A stretch of 64,000 nucleotides of DNA from Clostridia bacterium (GCA_017466275.1 JAFTUL010000013.1:39343-103342), one strand, 5' to 3'. Counted from the stretch's first letter, positions 1 to 11,645 are shown. Notes: generated by a model not told the origin, from the sequence alone. Translations and numbers: made by a program.

Positions 1-934
<934 letters not shown>

Positions 935-947
935 AAAAGTGAGGAAA

Positions 948-1388
948 ATGGAAATGAATGCAATAAAGAAAATCAGTGCGTTGGCACTGGTGATTATAAT
1001 GGCATTTTCTTTTTCAGCCTGCTCGAATATGAAAGAGCAGATAACAGACCTTACAAAAGAGCGGACAGAACTCCAGAAATATGTGGAGGAACACGGAGAA
1101 GAGTTTATTAACACCTTCAAAGAGGGTTTTGAAATAAGCGGAATGAAGTGTGATGCCACGATTGAAGCAGACGGAAACATTCTTATTATGAATGTCAGTA
1201 TGGCGGAGTTTAACGACGTTCCTGAAGAGATAAAGAGTGTAATTCAGGCTTCGTTGGATGAAAGTAAATCTTCTCTTGCCTCGTCTTTTGCGGAGATAAA
1301 AAAACAGATTTCTTCCCTTGAAGGAGTAAAGGTAAACTTCAACGAGGCAGACGGTGCCCCTATTGCAGCAATAGAGGTTGAAGTATAA
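948..1388 (+). CDS. small lipoprotein, hypothetical
   Basis: Internal start MEMNAIKK preceded by GAGG. Signal peptide plus lipobox-like FSAC. The upstream part of ORF 837..1388 overlaps serS and is not credible. Confidence 0.5.
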   Translation: MEMNAIKKISALALVIIMAFSFSACSNMKEQITDLTKERTELQKYVEEHGEEFINTFKEGFEISGMKCDATIEADGNILIMNVSMAEFNDVPEEIKSVIQASLDESKSSLASSFAEIKKQISSLEGVKVNFNEADGAPIAAIEVEV

Positions 1389-1395
1389 CAAAGCA

Positions 1396-1432
1396 AAGCA
1401 CCCCGAAACCAATGCGTTTCGGGGTGCTTTTA
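1396..1432. terminator. bidirectional rho-independent terminator
   Basis: Hairpin caccccgaaac...gtttcggggtg followed by a T-run. Confidence 0.6.
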
Positions 1433-1497
1433 AATTCTCTGTTTCACGTGAAACATTCTCTGAAAACCAGAAAAGCAAACAAAAGTTCGCGCCTTGT

Positions 1498-2529
1498 TTA
1501 TGCTTTTCTTGCTAAAAAAAGGTTTTTCACGAGAATTGCCGCCATTGGCCCGAAGATAAGCCCCCAAAAGCCAAAGAGCTTCATACCTGCAAAAATTGAA
1601 AAAATCGTAATAAGGGGGTGGATTCCCAATTTGCTTCCGATAATTTTTGGCTCGCAGAGCTGACGCGTAAGAATTGCAACCCCATACAGCACCAAAAGCC
1701 CCCACCCCGTTGCAGGATTGTCTGTCAGAAAATAAAAAACGGAAAGCGGAACAAGAATTGTGCCTGTACCGAGGATGGGGAAAGCATCCACAAGTGCCGC
1801 AAAAAATGCAAGCAAAAGAGCATAGCGGAGTTGCAGAAAGGTAAAACCGAGAAAAAGCACCGTAAAAAGGATTCCCTCTATAATAAGCTGTGCTTTAAGG
1901 TATGAAAAAAGCACATTTAAAGCAGACTCCTTGATTTTCTCAAATTTAATGCAAAACGAGTTGCCAAAAAATCTTTTTGCACCGTCATAAAAAAGAAAAT
2001 TGTCCTTCAGCAGAAAAAAAGAGGTAAAAACAGTTGTGAAAGCTGTGATAAGAAGTGCAGGGATATTTTTTGCAAAACTTAAAATCCAGGAGGATATTTT
2101 AAGCAGAATATCGGAAAACTGTGCGTGGAAGGAGTCGAAAAGACTTGAAAAAACTTCACCAGAGCGAGATGCGGAAAGGGAATTTATCTTCCTTGAAATA
2201 AAAGGAACAGCATCCTTGTAAAGCGAATTGGAACGGGTGAAAAGTGCAATTTCATTTACAAGATGTGAAAAAATTATCCGCAGAATAAAAAACAGGGCAA
2301 AGGAAATCAGTAAAAGTGATAAAAGAGCACTTATTGATGGTGGGATAAACTTTTTGAGTCGTTTGTTCAGCGGATTTGCAAGAAGATACAGCACATACCC
2401 CAGAATAAAAGGGAGCAAAATCCCAATCAGTTTCGGGAGTGCCAGCCACAACAGTGCTGCAGGAATAAAAAATATTATAAAATCAAGACATAGAGAACGG
2501 AGCGTTTTAAAAGAAATCAAAATAATCAC
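1498..2529 (-). CDS. AI-2E family transporter (UPF0118; YtvI-like integral membrane protein)
   Basis: 343 aa polytopic membrane protein. C-terminal GFWGLIFGP motif and overall profile are typical of PF01594. Confidence 0.6.
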   Translation of the reverse strand: MIILISFKTLRSLCLDFIIFFIPAALLWLALPKLIGILLPFILGYVLYLLANPLNKRLKKFIPPSISALLSLLLISFALFFILRIIFSHLVNEIALFTRSNSLYKDAVPFISRKINSLSASRSGEVFSSLFDSFHAQFSDILLKISSWILSFAKNIPALLITAFTTVFTSFFLLKDNFLFYDGAKRFFGNSFCIKFEKIKESALNVLFSYLKAQLIIEGILFTVLFLGFTFLQLRYALLLAFFAALVDAFPILGTGTILVPLSVFYFLTDNPATGWGLLVLYGVAILTRQLCEPKIIGSKLGIHPLITIFSIFAGMKLFGFWGLIFGPMAAILVKNLFLARKA

Positions 2530-2595
2530 CTTAAAATAAAAAATAGAAAGAGCAGTATTGCTCTTTCTATTTTACTCACAAAAAGTCTTACTTAA

Positions 2596-3798
2596 TCATC
2601 TTTCGAGGAATCTTTTCATTATTGTATAACCGTCAGTGATTTTCTCCCCGTATTTTTCAGCATCCTTTTCGATAAAACGGTGTCCGGTGTTTGCACAGTC
2701 ACCCTTTTTGTACATTACGCAGGGAACAGGCTCTCTGCTGTGTGTTTTTGTGGCAATGGGTGTAGGATGGTCTGGCATTACCAAAAATGCGTAATCTTCG
2801 CCGGCCTCATCCAATTTTTCCTTTATATAACCGATTATTTTTTCATCAATAATTTCAAGAGAACGTGTTTTTCCCTCTGCATCACCCTGATGACCGCATT
2901 CGTCGGGAGCTTCAAGGTGAACGTACACCAAATCTGCACCGTCTTTTAAAAGTGCATCGGCAGAGGCTTTTGCCTTACCCTCGAAATTTGTGTGGAGATT
3001 TCCCGTAGCACCGTCAACATCAATGCTGTTCATTCCTGCAAGAATTGCAATCCCTTTTATAAGGTCAACTGCAGACACCACAGCACCCTTTTTACCGTAG
3101 GTTTCATAGAAATTGTTAAGTGCTGGCTTTGTACCCTCGCCCCAAATCCACATAGATGTTGCAGGATTCTTTCCCTCGGCAATTCTCTTTTGATTGATGG
3201 GATGGTTTTTAAGGATTTTTTCACTCTTTTTCATTAAATCGAGGATTCTTTCGTCGGAGGGGAGATAATCCTTGATTTTTCTGTCGGAAATGTCGTGGGG
3301 AGGTGTCAGGGTGAAGCTTTCGGGAGCATCATCCCACACGAAGAGGTGGCGGTAGCTGATTCCACCGTAGAAATGAATATCTCCGCCGCCAAGCTGCTTT
3401 TCGATTTCCGCCATAAGTGCACGGCTTTCCTCTGTTGTGATTTCGCCCGAGGAGTAGTCAAGCATAGTTTTGTCCTCGTAGTTTTCCTCGTCGGAAAGAG
3501 TTACAAGGTTTGCACGGAATGTAGTCTGGTTATCGGCAATTTTAACGCCGATAGAAGCCGCCTCCAGAGGAGAACGTCCAGTATAGCAATCAAGTGGATT
3601 ATATCCCATTACGGAAAGGTTTGCAACATCACTTCCCGGTTTGAGGGAGTCGGGAACGGTCTTTACAAGAAAAAGAGAACCGTTGGAAGCAAAGTAATCC
3701 ATGTTGGGAGTATTGCTTTTTTCAAGAGGGGTAAGTCCGCCTAAAGAATCTATCGGAAGGTCTGCACAGCCATCCGTAAGTACAATTACATATTTCAT
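2596..3798 (-). CDS. apgM: cofactor-independent phosphoglycerate mutase, archaeal-type (ApgM family)
   Basis: 400 aa. N-term MKYVIVLTDGCAD and alkaline-phosphatase-superfamily motifs typical of ApgM. Confidence 0.8.
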   Translation of the reverse strand: MKYVIVLTDGCADLPIDSLGGLTPLEKSNTPNMDYFASNGSLFLVKTVPDSLKPGSDVANLSVMGYNPLDCYTGRSPLEAASIGVKIADNQTTFRANLVTLSDEENYEDKTMLDYSSGEITTEESRALMAEIEKQLGGGDIHFYGGISYRHLFVWDDAPESFTLTPPHDISDRKIKDYLPSDERILDLMKKSEKILKNHPINQKRIAEGKNPATSMWIWGEGTKPALNNFYETYGKKGAVVSAVDLIKGIAILAGMNSIDVDGATGNLHTNFEGKAKASADALLKDGADLVYVHLEAPDECGHQGDAEGKTRSLEIIDEKIIGYIKEKLDEAGEDYAFLVMPDHPTPIATKTHSREPVPCVMYKKGDCANTGHRFIEKDAEKYGEKITDGYTIMKRFLER

Positions 3799-3909
3799 AT
3801 TATCATCGCCTTTCGCATTTTATTATAGCAATTTAAACAGGGGTTTTCAAGGAAAAATGTATAAAATTTGTTAAAAGGAGTAATTTATAACCTTAGAGGT
3901 GACTGAAAA

Positions 3910-5232
3910 ATGACTGATTCTTTAAAGAAAAACCGAATTCTTGTGATTTTATCCGTTCTTTTGATTGTGACGGGGATTTTTGCCTTTATGCAATACCGGC
4001 GGGCACAGAAGCTGACCTATTTTCAGAATGTCGAGTATAACAGAGTCTTTTCCGAGCTTAGCGAAAGTGTGGACGACCTTGAAATTTCCCTTTTAAAAGG
4101 GCAGGTAGTGTCAGGGGACAGCCAGCTTATAAAGCTTTCAGCCGACTTGTACGGTCAGGCAAGTGCAGCTAAGGCAAACCTTGCCCTGCTTCCGATGAAA
4201 GGACAGACCCTTGCAAAAACCTCCGAATTTCTGGCACAGGTAGGCGAATACGCCAACAGCTTGTCGGACAAGATGCTTCGGGGTGAGGAAATTTCTCAAA
4301 AGGAAATAACCACAATGCAGGAGCTTTTAGAGTATTCGAGAATCCTCAAAAAAGCCTTTGACAAAATGCTTGTCGACATAAATGAGGGAAAAATCTCTTT
4401 TTCGGATGATAAGAGTATTTCAGGAAGGCTTACCGGTGCAAAGGCAAGCCTTTCGGGAGAGCTTTCGGGATTGGAAGAGGAGTTTCACGATTATCCGTCG
4501 CTTATTTATGACGGACCGTTTTCACAGCATCTTACCCAGAAAGAATCAGTTTTCCTTAAAGGAAAGGCAGAAATTTCGCAAAAACAGGCAATAAAAAAAG
4601 CCCGTATTCTTACGGGAGAAGATGCAAAGAGTGTTACGGAAATAAAAGGAAAAATTCCGTCATATTCCGTTAATGGGAAAAACACTGTGGCTGAATTTAC
4701 AAAAAAGGGCGGAGTGCTTCTGCTTTATATGAAAGACAGAGTGTCGGAAAATGAAAAAATTTCCCTCAAAAGTGCAGACCAGTCTGCACAAAGGTTTCTT
4801 CGTGAAAACGGCTTTTTCGATATGACGGAAAGCTATTACGAGAAAAAAGACGGAAGTGTTGTTATAAATTATGCCTACAAACAAGATGAATATACGGTTT
4901 TCCCTGACCTTGTAAAGGTAAAGGTAGCCCTTGATAACGGTGAGGTAATAGGCTTTGAAAGCCTTGGGTATGTTACAAATCACATTTACAGACAGATTCC
5001 CGAGGAAAAAATAAGCAGTGAGGAAGCTCTTTCAAAAGTGGGGACACATCTTAAAACAGAAAGTGTCACAAAGGCAATAATCCCGCTTGACGACGGAACA
5101 GAAAAGGCTTGCTGGCAGATTCAGGGAACTGTTTCCGATAGACATTTCCTGATGTATGTAAATACCCAGACGGGCGATATTGAAGACGTACAAATTCTCC
5201 TTGAAAGCGACGGAGGAATTCTGGCAGTATAA
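3910..5232 (+). CDS. ypeB: germination protein YpeB-like (N-terminal TM anchor, PepSY-type C-terminus)
   Basis: 440 aa. N-terminal TM helix. Architecture and local similarity to B. subtilis YpeB (…YNRVFSEL…LALLPMKGQTLAKTSEFLAQVGEYA…). Confidence 0.6.
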   Translation: MTDSLKKNRILVILSVLLIVTGIFAFMQYRRAQKLTYFQNVEYNRVFSELSESVDDLEISLLKGQVVSGDSQLIKLSADLYGQASAAKANLALLPMKGQTLAKTSEFLAQVGEYANSLSDKMLRGEEISQKEITTMQELLEYSRILKKAFDKMLVDINEGKISFSDDKSISGRLTGAKASLSGELSGLEEEFHDYPSLIYDGPFSQHLTQKESVFLKGKAEISQKQAIKKARILTGEDAKSVTEIKGKIPSYSVNGKNTVAEFTKKGGVLLLYMKDRVSENEKISLKSADQSAQRFLRENGFFDMTESYYEKKDGSVVINYAYKQDEYTVFPDLVKVKVALDNGEVIGFESLGYVTNHIYRQIPEEKISSEEALSKVGTHLKTESVTKAIIPLDDGTEKACWQIQGTVSDRHFLMYVNTQTGDIEDVQILLESDGGILAV

Positions 5233-5237
5233 ACAAA

Positions 5238-5282
5238 AAAGACACATACTGGGAACTGACCCCAATATGTGTCTTTTCTTAG
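5238..5282 (+). terminator. rho-independent terminator of ypeB
   Basis: agacacatactggg...cccaatatgtgtct hairpin followed by TTTTCTT. Confidence 0.7.
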
Positions 5283-5436
5283 CATAAATTCCGTTAAAAT
5301 CGGGGGCGTGTACCTCGATTTTAACACCTTGCAAGGGCTGGCACGGTGAGTGCCGCGCGAGCGAAAGCCCTTTACTCGAAGAGAATGCTTTTACGAAGTA
5401 AAACTTTCTCTTCGAAAGGATGGCGTTGCCATCCGC

Positions 5437-6180
5437 CTATAGTACTTTCCCTAAAAATTCTTTTAATCTGGGGTGTTTGGGATTTTGGAAGATTTCTTCG
5501 GGAGAGCCGGTTTCGGCTATTTTTCCCTCTTCCATAAAGATTACCTTGTCGGCAACCTCCTTTGCAAAGCCCATTTCGTGGGTAACAACAACCATTGTCA
5601 TACCCTCCTGTGCAAGCTCTTTCATAACCTCCAAAACTTCGCCTACCATTTCGGGGTCAAGCGCTGATGTAGGTTCGTCAAAAAGCATTACCTCTGGATT
5701 CATTGCAAGGGCACGGACAATTGCAATTCTCTGCTTCTGTCCGCCTGAAAGCTGACTGGGATAAGCATTTGCACGGTCTGCAAGACCTACTCTCTTAAGG
5801 AGACTTAATGCATTTTCTTCTGCGTCCTTTTTGTTTTGCCTCAGCAATTTTATAGGAGCAAGAGTGATGTTTTTGAGAATTGTCATATGGGGGAAGAGGT
5901 TAAACTGCTGGAAAACCATTCCCATCTTCTGTCGATGGAGATTAATGTTATTCTGAGGGTCGGTTATATTTACCCCCTCGAGAAAAATTTCTCCCTCCGT
6001 AGGAGTTTCAAGAAGATTGAGCGACCGCAGGAATGTGGATTTTCCGCATCCGCTGGGGCCTATAATAACGATAACCTCGCCCTTTTTGATTTCAAGGTCA
6101 ACTCCGTCAAGAGCCTTTACCGTTCCGCCTGTAAAATGCTTTTTCAGGCCGTTTACTTTTATGATTGTATTATCGCTCAC
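5437..6180 (-). CDS. amino-acid ABC transporter ATP-binding protein (GlnQ/ArtP family)
   Basis: Walker [10 protein letters not shown], signature LSGGQKQR, Walker [11 protein letters not shown]. Likely GTG start at 6180, 10 nt after AAGGAGG. The ATG at 6201 lies inside the RBS. Confidence 0.9.
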   Translation of the reverse strand: MSDNTIIKVNGLKKHFTGGTVKALDGVDLEIKKGEVIVIIGPSGCGKSTFLRSLNLLETPTEGEIFLEGVNITDPQNNINLHRQKMGMVFQQFNLFPHMTILKNITLAPIKLLRQNKKDAEENALSLLKRVGLADRANAYPSQLSGGQKQRIAIVRALAMNPEVMLFDEPTSALDPEMVGEVLEVMKELAQEGMTMVVVTHEMGFAKEVADKVIFMEEGKIAETGSPEEIFQNPKHPRLKEFLGKVL

Positions 6181-6910
6181 TCTTACGAAGCCTCCTTTCA
6201 AGAATATTTACAAGCTTGGTAAAGAAAATTACCATTACCAGATATATTCCTGCTACTGCAAGCAGAGGCATAAAGGTTTCGTAAGTCGCACCGCGGATAA
6301 TATCTCCGCCCTTGGTAAGGTCCTTGATTGCAACGTAACCCGCAACAGAGGTTTCCTTTAAAAGCACGATAAATTCGTTGGCAAGTGCAGGAAGAACACT
6401 CTTGAATGCCTGCGGAAATACGATATAAAGCATTGTGCTTATGTATCCAAAGCCCAGTGACCTGCCTGCTTCAAACTGACCGTTGTCAACACTCATTATA
6501 CCGCTACGGAAAATCTCGGCAACATAAGCACCTGAATTTATACCGAATGCAGAAACAGCAATGAGGATTCCGTTGCTGGAGGTTGCAAAAATTATGTAGT
6601 ACATTATCATCAGCTGTACAACAACGGGAGTTCCGCGGATTACCGTAAGGTAAATATTGCAGAAAAAGTTTCCCACAGCAAGAAGAAATTTACCGAGTCC
6701 ACGACGCATCTGACTGTAATTTTTGTCGTAGGTGCTTCGCACAATTGCAACAACAAGGCCGATTACAATTCCCATTATGCAGGACAAAAGTGTAATTTTA
6801 AGTGTTGCGGTAAGTCCCTCGGTAATGAATTTCCATCTGTTTTTTGTAATAAAGCATTTTATAAAATCTGATTTAAGGGTTAGCAAAAATTCTGCCATTT
6901 CAGAATTCAC
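6170..6910 (-). CDS. amino-acid ABC transporter permease (His/Glu/Gln/Arg/opine family)
   Basis: 246 aa polytopic protein with EAA-like loop. Overlaps the ATPase start by 11 nt. Confidence 0.85.
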   Translation of the reverse strand: MNSEMAEFLLTLKSDFIKCFITKNRWKFITEGLTATLKITLLSCIMGIVIGLVVAIVRSTYDKNYSQMRRGLGKFLLAVGNFFCNIYLTVIRGTPVVVQLMIMYYIIFATSSNGILIAVSAFGINSGAYVAEIFRSGIMSVDNGQFEAGRSLGFGYISTMLYIVFPQAFKSVLPALANEFIVLLKETSVAGYVAIKDLTKGGDIIRGATYETFMPLLAVAGIYLVMVIFFTKLVNILERRLRKSER

Positions 6911-6981
6911 AGCCTTTCTGACTGAAAAGTGTTAAGGGAGCAGGTAAAACCCGCTCCCTTAAATAGGTTTTATTAAGTAAA

Positions 6982-7755
6982 TTATTCAGCTTTGATGTAT
7001 TTATCAACAATTTTCTGAAGTGTACCGTCTGCAGTAAGTTCCTGGAGAGCCTTGTTGATGTTTTCAAGAAGCTCTGTGTTTTCCTTGGAAACTGCAATTG
7101 CGTACTGCTCTTCTGCATATGCTGTGTCAAGAATCTTAAGATCTTCGCTTTCTACAACAAATGCTTTAGCAGGCTCGTTGTCGATAATTACGCAGTCAAC
7201 CTTACCGATTTTAAGTGCTTCAACAGCGTCAGCACCCTTGTTGAAACGGGAAACTGTGCCAAGACCCTCGTCTTCAATATCCCATGTGGAGTAAAGGTCG
7301 CCTGTTGTACCTGTCTGAACACCGATTGTGTAGTTCTTATCACCGAAGAGGTCGTCAACAGTTGCGATAGCACTGTCGTTTTTAACGATAACAACCTGAA
7401 CACCTGTTGCATAGCTTTCAGAGAAATTAACCTCTTCAAGTCTTTCATCAGTAACTGTCATACCAGCCATACCCATATCATACTTACCTGCAACGATTGC
7501 GGGGATGATAGAGTCGAATGCAGTGTCAACGATTTCAAGCTCCATACCGAGCTTTTCAGCGATAACTGCTGCAATTTCAGCATCAATACCTACAACCTTG
7601 TCACCCTCGTAGAATTCATAGGGAGGGAATTCAGCGTTTGTAGCCATTGTGAGAACTTTCTTCTCTGCACTGTCGTCTGTCTTTTCGTTGCCGCAAGCTG
7701 CGAATACAAATACGGAAAGTGCAATTACAAGGATAAGAGAAATAATTTTTTTCAT
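6982..7755 (-). CDS. amino-acid ABC transporter substrate-binding lipoprotein
   Basis: Signal peptide plus lipobox (FAAC). SBP_bac_3-like sequence. First gene of the transporter operon. Confidence 0.85.
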   Translation of the reverse strand: MKKIISLILVIALSVFVFAACGNEKTDDSAEKKVLTMATNAEFPPYEFYEGDKVVGIDAEIAAVIAEKLGMELEIVDTAFDSIIPAIVAGKYDMGMAGMTVTDERLEEVNFSESYATGVQVVIVKNDSAIATVDDLFGDKNYTIGVQTGTTGDLYSTWDIEDEGLGTVSRFNKGADAVEALKIGKVDCVIIDNEPAKAFVVESEDLKILDTAYAEEQYAIAVSKENTELLENINKALQELTADGTLQKIVDKYIKAE

Positions 7756-7842
7756 TATAAAATACCTCCAATTTTATTGATTATGTTACCATTATAATAC
7801 AAATGTATAAATTTGCAAGCTTTTTTTGTAAATTTACATTTT

Positions 7843-8646
7843 TCATTTCTTTAAAAACAAGGTTTTTTCGTATGCTTTACTTACTGCATTTACCGTTGTT
7901 GCACGAAAAGCTCCCATTTCGAGGGCTTTTACACCCTCAATCGTTGTTCCGCCGGGGGAACATACATTATCCTTAAGCTCGCCGGGGTGCTTGTCTGTTT
8001 TAAGTACCATTTCAGCGGCACCCTTTACTGTTTCTGCCGCGTACAAAAGTGCCTTGTCACGGGGAAGACCGCATAGAACTCCGCCGTCAGAAAGTGCTTC
8101 GATGAATAAATATACAAAAGCAGGACCGCAGCCTGAAACGGCACTTGCCGCATCTATAAGCTTTTCGGGAATACGGTCGGTGATGCCTGCCTTTTTGAAA
8201 ATTTCACAAAATTCTTCCGTTTCCTTAACTGTTATTTCGTCGTCGCAGGAATAAAGAATTACTCCGTTTCCAACTGCTGCGGGGGTGTTGGGCATAATGC
8301 GTATAACGGGGGCATTGAAGCCGAAAGCCTTTTCAATAGCCTCAATGCTGATGCCTGCCGCCATGGAAATTACGATATATCTGTCCTTTCTCTTTTTAAG
8401 AGTGGGTGCAATTTCCTTGATTGTGTCAAAAATCACCTGAGGCTTAACCCCAAGGAATATATATTTGCAGTTTTCTGCAATTGTTTTGTTATCTGACTTG
8501 TTTGCAAAAATTTCTTCTGCAAGTGCCTCTGCCTTTTCTTCCATAAAATCTGAAAGAAAAACAAATTTTCCGCCAATGGATTTTGCCGCTGCCTTAGCGA
8601 GTGCTCCCCCCATATTGCCTGTGCCGATAAAACCTGCTGTTATCAT
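7843..8646 (-). CDS. proC: pyrroline-5-carboxylate reductase
   Basis: N-terminal GFIGTGNMG Rossmann motif. Full-length ProC similarity. Confidence 0.9.
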   Translation of the reverse strand: MITAGFIGTGNMGGALAKAAAKSIGGKFVFLSDFMEEKAEALAEEIFANKSDNKTIAENCKYIFLGVKPQVIFDTIKEIAPTLKKRKDRYIVISMAAGISIEAIEKAFGFNAPVIRIMPNTPAAVGNGVILYSCDDEITVKETEEFCEIFKKAGITDRIPEKLIDAASAVSGCGPAFVYLFIEALSDGGVLCGLPRDKALLYAAETVKGAAEMVLKTDKHPGELKDNVCSPGGTTIEGVKALEMGAFRATTVNAVSKAYEKTLFLKK

Positions 8647-8663
8647 AAAGTCATCTCCTTTTA

Positions 8664-9920
8664 TTATCGTATCTGTCCGTTTCCTCTAATAATGTATTTG
8701 TAGGTATTAAGTTCCCGAAGTCCCATTGGACCTCTTGCGTGAAGCCTTTGTGTGGAAATTCCCATTTCACAGCCAAGACCGAACTCCCCTCCGTCGGTAA
8801 AACGGGTGGAAGCATTCACATAAACGGATGAACTGTCAACTGCCGCCACAAAAAGACGGGCATTTTCTTCGTTTTGTGTAATGATACTCTCGCTGTGTCC
8901 TGTGGAATGGAGCGTGATATGCTCAATTGCTTCGTTTACACCGTCAACCACTTTCACAGCAAGGATGTAGTCAAGAAATTCTGTGTCAAAATCACTCTCT
9001 CCTGCTTTTTTTGTGCCGAGGATTGCATAAGCCCTTTCGTCACAGCGAAGCTCTACGGGATTTTCTTTTCTTTCGAGAGCAAGCCTTTCCTTTACAAGGG
9101 GGAGAAAGCTTTCTGCAATATTCTTATGAACAAGCAGGCACTCTGCCGCATTACAAACCGAGGGACGGCTTGTTTTTGCATTTTCGATTATGTCAAGTGC
9201 CATATTTATATCTGCACTCTCGTCAACAAATATGTGACAGATGCCCGTACCCGTCTGTATGCAGGGGACTTTTGCGTTTTCTGTGCAAGCCTTTATAAGT
9301 CCTGCACCGCCGCGTGGAATGAGCAGGTCTACATAGCCTACTGCCGTCATCAAATCTGTTGCACTCTGCCGTGTGGTGTCGGATACCAGATTTACAAGGT
9401 CGGGAGAAAGATTGCACTCAGAAAGTGCTTCCTTAAGGGCGTCTACAATAGCTTTTGCACTATTATATGCCTCTTTCCCTCCACGGAGGACACAGACATT
9501 TCCGCTTTTCAAGGAAAGTGCCGCCGCATCGCTTGTAACATTGGGACGGCTTTCGTAAATAATTGCCGTAACACCGATTGGCACAGAGGTTTTTTCTATT
9601 ATAAGTCCGTTTTCTCTTTCCGTTCTTTCAATAACATTTCCCACAGGGTCGGGGAGCAGGGCAACATCACGAATCCCCTTTGCCATCCCCTCAATCCTTT
9701 CGGAAGAAAGGGAAAGGCGGTCTATCATAACGTCGGAAATAATTCCTCTTGCATTTTCTACATCAATTTTGTTTGCAGCAAGGATTTTGTCGGTATGCTC
9801 GACGAGTTTATCCGCCATTTTGAGTAGTGCCGCATTTTTCGTTTCTGTGTCAAGGAGCATTGCGGAAAGCTTTGCCGCCTTTGCTTTTTCAAGTAACTGT
9901 TGTGTGGTCATATTTTTCAC
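8664..9920 (-). CDS. proA: glutamate-5-semialdehyde dehydrogenase (gamma-glutamyl phosphate reductase)
   Basis: 418 aa aldehyde dehydrogenase-fold protein with ProA-specific sequence. Start overlaps proB. Confidence 0.9.
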   Translation of the reverse strand: MKNMTTQQLLEKAKAAKLSAMLLDTETKNAALLKMADKLVEHTDKILAANKIDVENARGIISDVMIDRLSLSSERIEGMAKGIRDVALLPDPVGNVIERTERENGLIIEKTSVPIGVTAIIYESRPNVTSDAAALSLKSGNVCVLRGGKEAYNSAKAIVDALKEALSECNLSPDLVNLVSDTTRQSATDLMTAVGYVDLLIPRGGAGLIKACTENAKVPCIQTGTGICHIFVDESADINMALDIIENAKTSRPSVCNAAECLLVHKNIAESFLPLVKERLALERKENPVELRCDERAYAILGTKKAGESDFDTEFLDYILAVKVVDGVNEAIEHITLHSTGHSESIITQNEENARLFVAAVDSSSVYVNASTRFTDGGEFGLGCEMGISTQRLHARGPMGLRELNTYKYIIRGNGQIR

Positions 9921-10684
9921 CTTTTTCCCACGAATTTTGTGCCGACGCTTTTACCCTCTACAATATCATAAAGAACATAGGGGTTTGCACCGTTGGTAAT
10001 CACCATATCAATTCCGCTGTCAGTACAAATCTGTGCCGCCTTGATTTTTGTTGCCATGCCGCCCGTGCCGAGGGAAGACCCTTTTCCACCTGCAACAGCA
10101 ATGATTTCGGGGGTAATTTCGGGAACAACATCTATAAGCTTTGCATCCTTGTCCTTGTGAGGGTCGGCGGTGTAAAGACCGTCAATGTCAGATAAAAGAA
10201 CTAACAAATCAGCTTCACAGCTTTTTGCAACGAGGGCAGAGAGCGTGTCATTATCACCTACCGAGATTTCCTCCGTTGCAACGGTGTCGTTTTCGTTTAT
10301 AACGGGAAGTGCACCAAGCTCCAAAAGACGGAGCATTGTGTTTTTGAAATTTCCGCCTCTTACGCTGTCCTCAATATCGGGCGAGGTCACGAGAAGCTGT
10401 GCCACGGTATGATTATATTCGGAAAAGAGCTTGTCATATGTATACATCAGCTCGCACTGTCCGACTGCCGCAGCCGCCTGTTTGGTGGGCATATCGTCGG
10501 GGCGGGAGGAAAGGGACAGCTTTCCCATTCCCATACCGATAGCACCCGAGGATACAAGGATTATCTCATTGCCTGCATTTTTAAGATCGCTTAAAACCTT
10601 GCACAAATCCTCCACGTGACGGATATTAAGATGTCCAGTTGAGTGTGCTAATGTTGATGTACCAACTTTTACTGTTATACGCAT
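9917..10684 (-). CDS. proB: glutamate 5-kinase (short form, no PUA domain)
   Basis: MRITVKVGTS... amino-acid kinase fold. ATG at 10684 sits 8 nt after AAGGAAG. The upstream 31 codons of ORF 9917..10777 are unlikely to be translated. Confidence 0.85.
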   Translation of the reverse strand: MRITVKVGTSTLAHSTGHLNIRHVEDLCKVLSDLKNAGNEIILVSSGAIGMGMGKLSLSSRPDDMPTKQAAAAVGQCELMYTYDKLFSEYNHTVAQLLVTSPDIEDSVRGGNFKNTMLRLLELGALPVINENDTVATEEISVGDNDTLSALVAKSCEADLLVLLSDIDGLYTADPHKDKDAKLIDVVPEITPEIIAVAGGKGSSLGTGGMATKIKAAQICTDSGIDMVITNGANPYVLYDIVEGKSVGTKFVGKR

Positions 10685-10697
10685 AATATTACTTCCT

Positions 10698-11645
10698 TTA
10701 TAGTAATTGTGAGAGTATCCTCCGCATTTCATCAAGTGATGTTGCCGAGTTAATTTTGTTTCGCAGTTGTGCCGCACCGCTAAGTCCCTTTATATACCAG
10801 GAGCCGTGCTTTCGTGCCTCGCGGATGCCGATATATTCCCCCTTTAGCTGACACATAAGGGCTATATGCTCCATTGCAAGGGCGATTCTTTCCTCTGCCG
10901 TGGGGTTTGTCAAAATCTCACCAAGAGAAAAAAGCTCGTTAATCTGTTTGAAAATCCAGGGATTTCCCTGACTACCCCTACCGACCATTACGGCAGAGGC
11001 ACCTGTTTCCTCCAGCATACTTTTTGCATCTTGTGCCGTAAAAATATCACCATTGGCAATTACGGGAATGGAAACAGCTTCACATACCTTGCGGATAATG
11101 TTTCTGTCAGCCTTTCCGCTGTAATACTGCTCCCTTGTCCTGCCGTGAACAGTAACTGCCGCCGCCCCGCAGTTTTCTGCAATGCGTGCAAGCTCAACGG
11201 CGTTTATGTGATTCTCGTCCCAACCGCTACGCATCTTGACGGTTACGGGCTTTGTTGCTCTTTCGCAGACTGCACCGATAATTTTTTCAGCTTTGGAAAG
11301 GTCACGCATAAGAGCACTGCCTTCCCCGTTTCCTGCAATTTTCGGTGCAGGACAGCCCATATTTATATCGGTAAAGAGTCCGTGCTTCTCAACCTCGGGA
11401 ACGGCATCTGCCATAATAACGGGGTCGCTCCCGAAAAGCTGTACCGCAGTGGGCAGGTTTTCCGTCTTCATAAGTGTACCTGTTTTTTTGTCGGCAAAGG
11501 ACAGCGCCTTTGCACTGATCATTTCCGTGTAGGAAAGACCTGCACAGAATCGGTCGCATATTATGCGGAAGGCAAGGTCGGTGACCCCTGCCATCGGGGC
11601 AAGAAATATATTGTTTTTAAGTTCTACATTACCTATTTTCATCAT
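10698..11645 (-). CDS. dusB: tRNA-dihydrouridine synthase
   Basis: FLAPMAGVTD and MGCP motifs of the Dus TIM barrel. 315 aa. Confidence 0.9.
   Translation of the reverse strand: MMKIGNVELKNNIFLAPMAGVTDLAFRIICDRFCAGLSYTEMISAKALSFADKKTGTLMKTENLPTAVQLFGSDPVIMADAVPEVEKHGLFTDINMGCPAPKIAGNGEGSALMRDLSKAEKIIGAVCERATKPVTVKMRSGWDENHINAVELARIAENCGAAAVTVHGRTREQYYSGKADRNIIRKVCEAVSIPVIANGDIFTAQDAKSMLEETGASAVMVGRGSQGNPWIFKQINELFSLGEILTNPTAEERIALAMEHIALMCQLKGEYIGIREARKHGSWYIKGLSGAAQLRNKINSATSLDEMRRILSQLL

Noticed and set aside
8874-9827. Long antisense ORFs inside well-supported genes. Examples are 8874..9827 in proA, 24085..24789 in pnp, 32882..34348 opposite gdhA, 37679..38290 in pfp, 41095..41796 in pfkA and 57618..58514 opposite potA.
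   Set aside because: They are Cys-rich or low-complexity translations lying entirely inside strongly conserved genes on the other strand. These are typical spurious ORFs.
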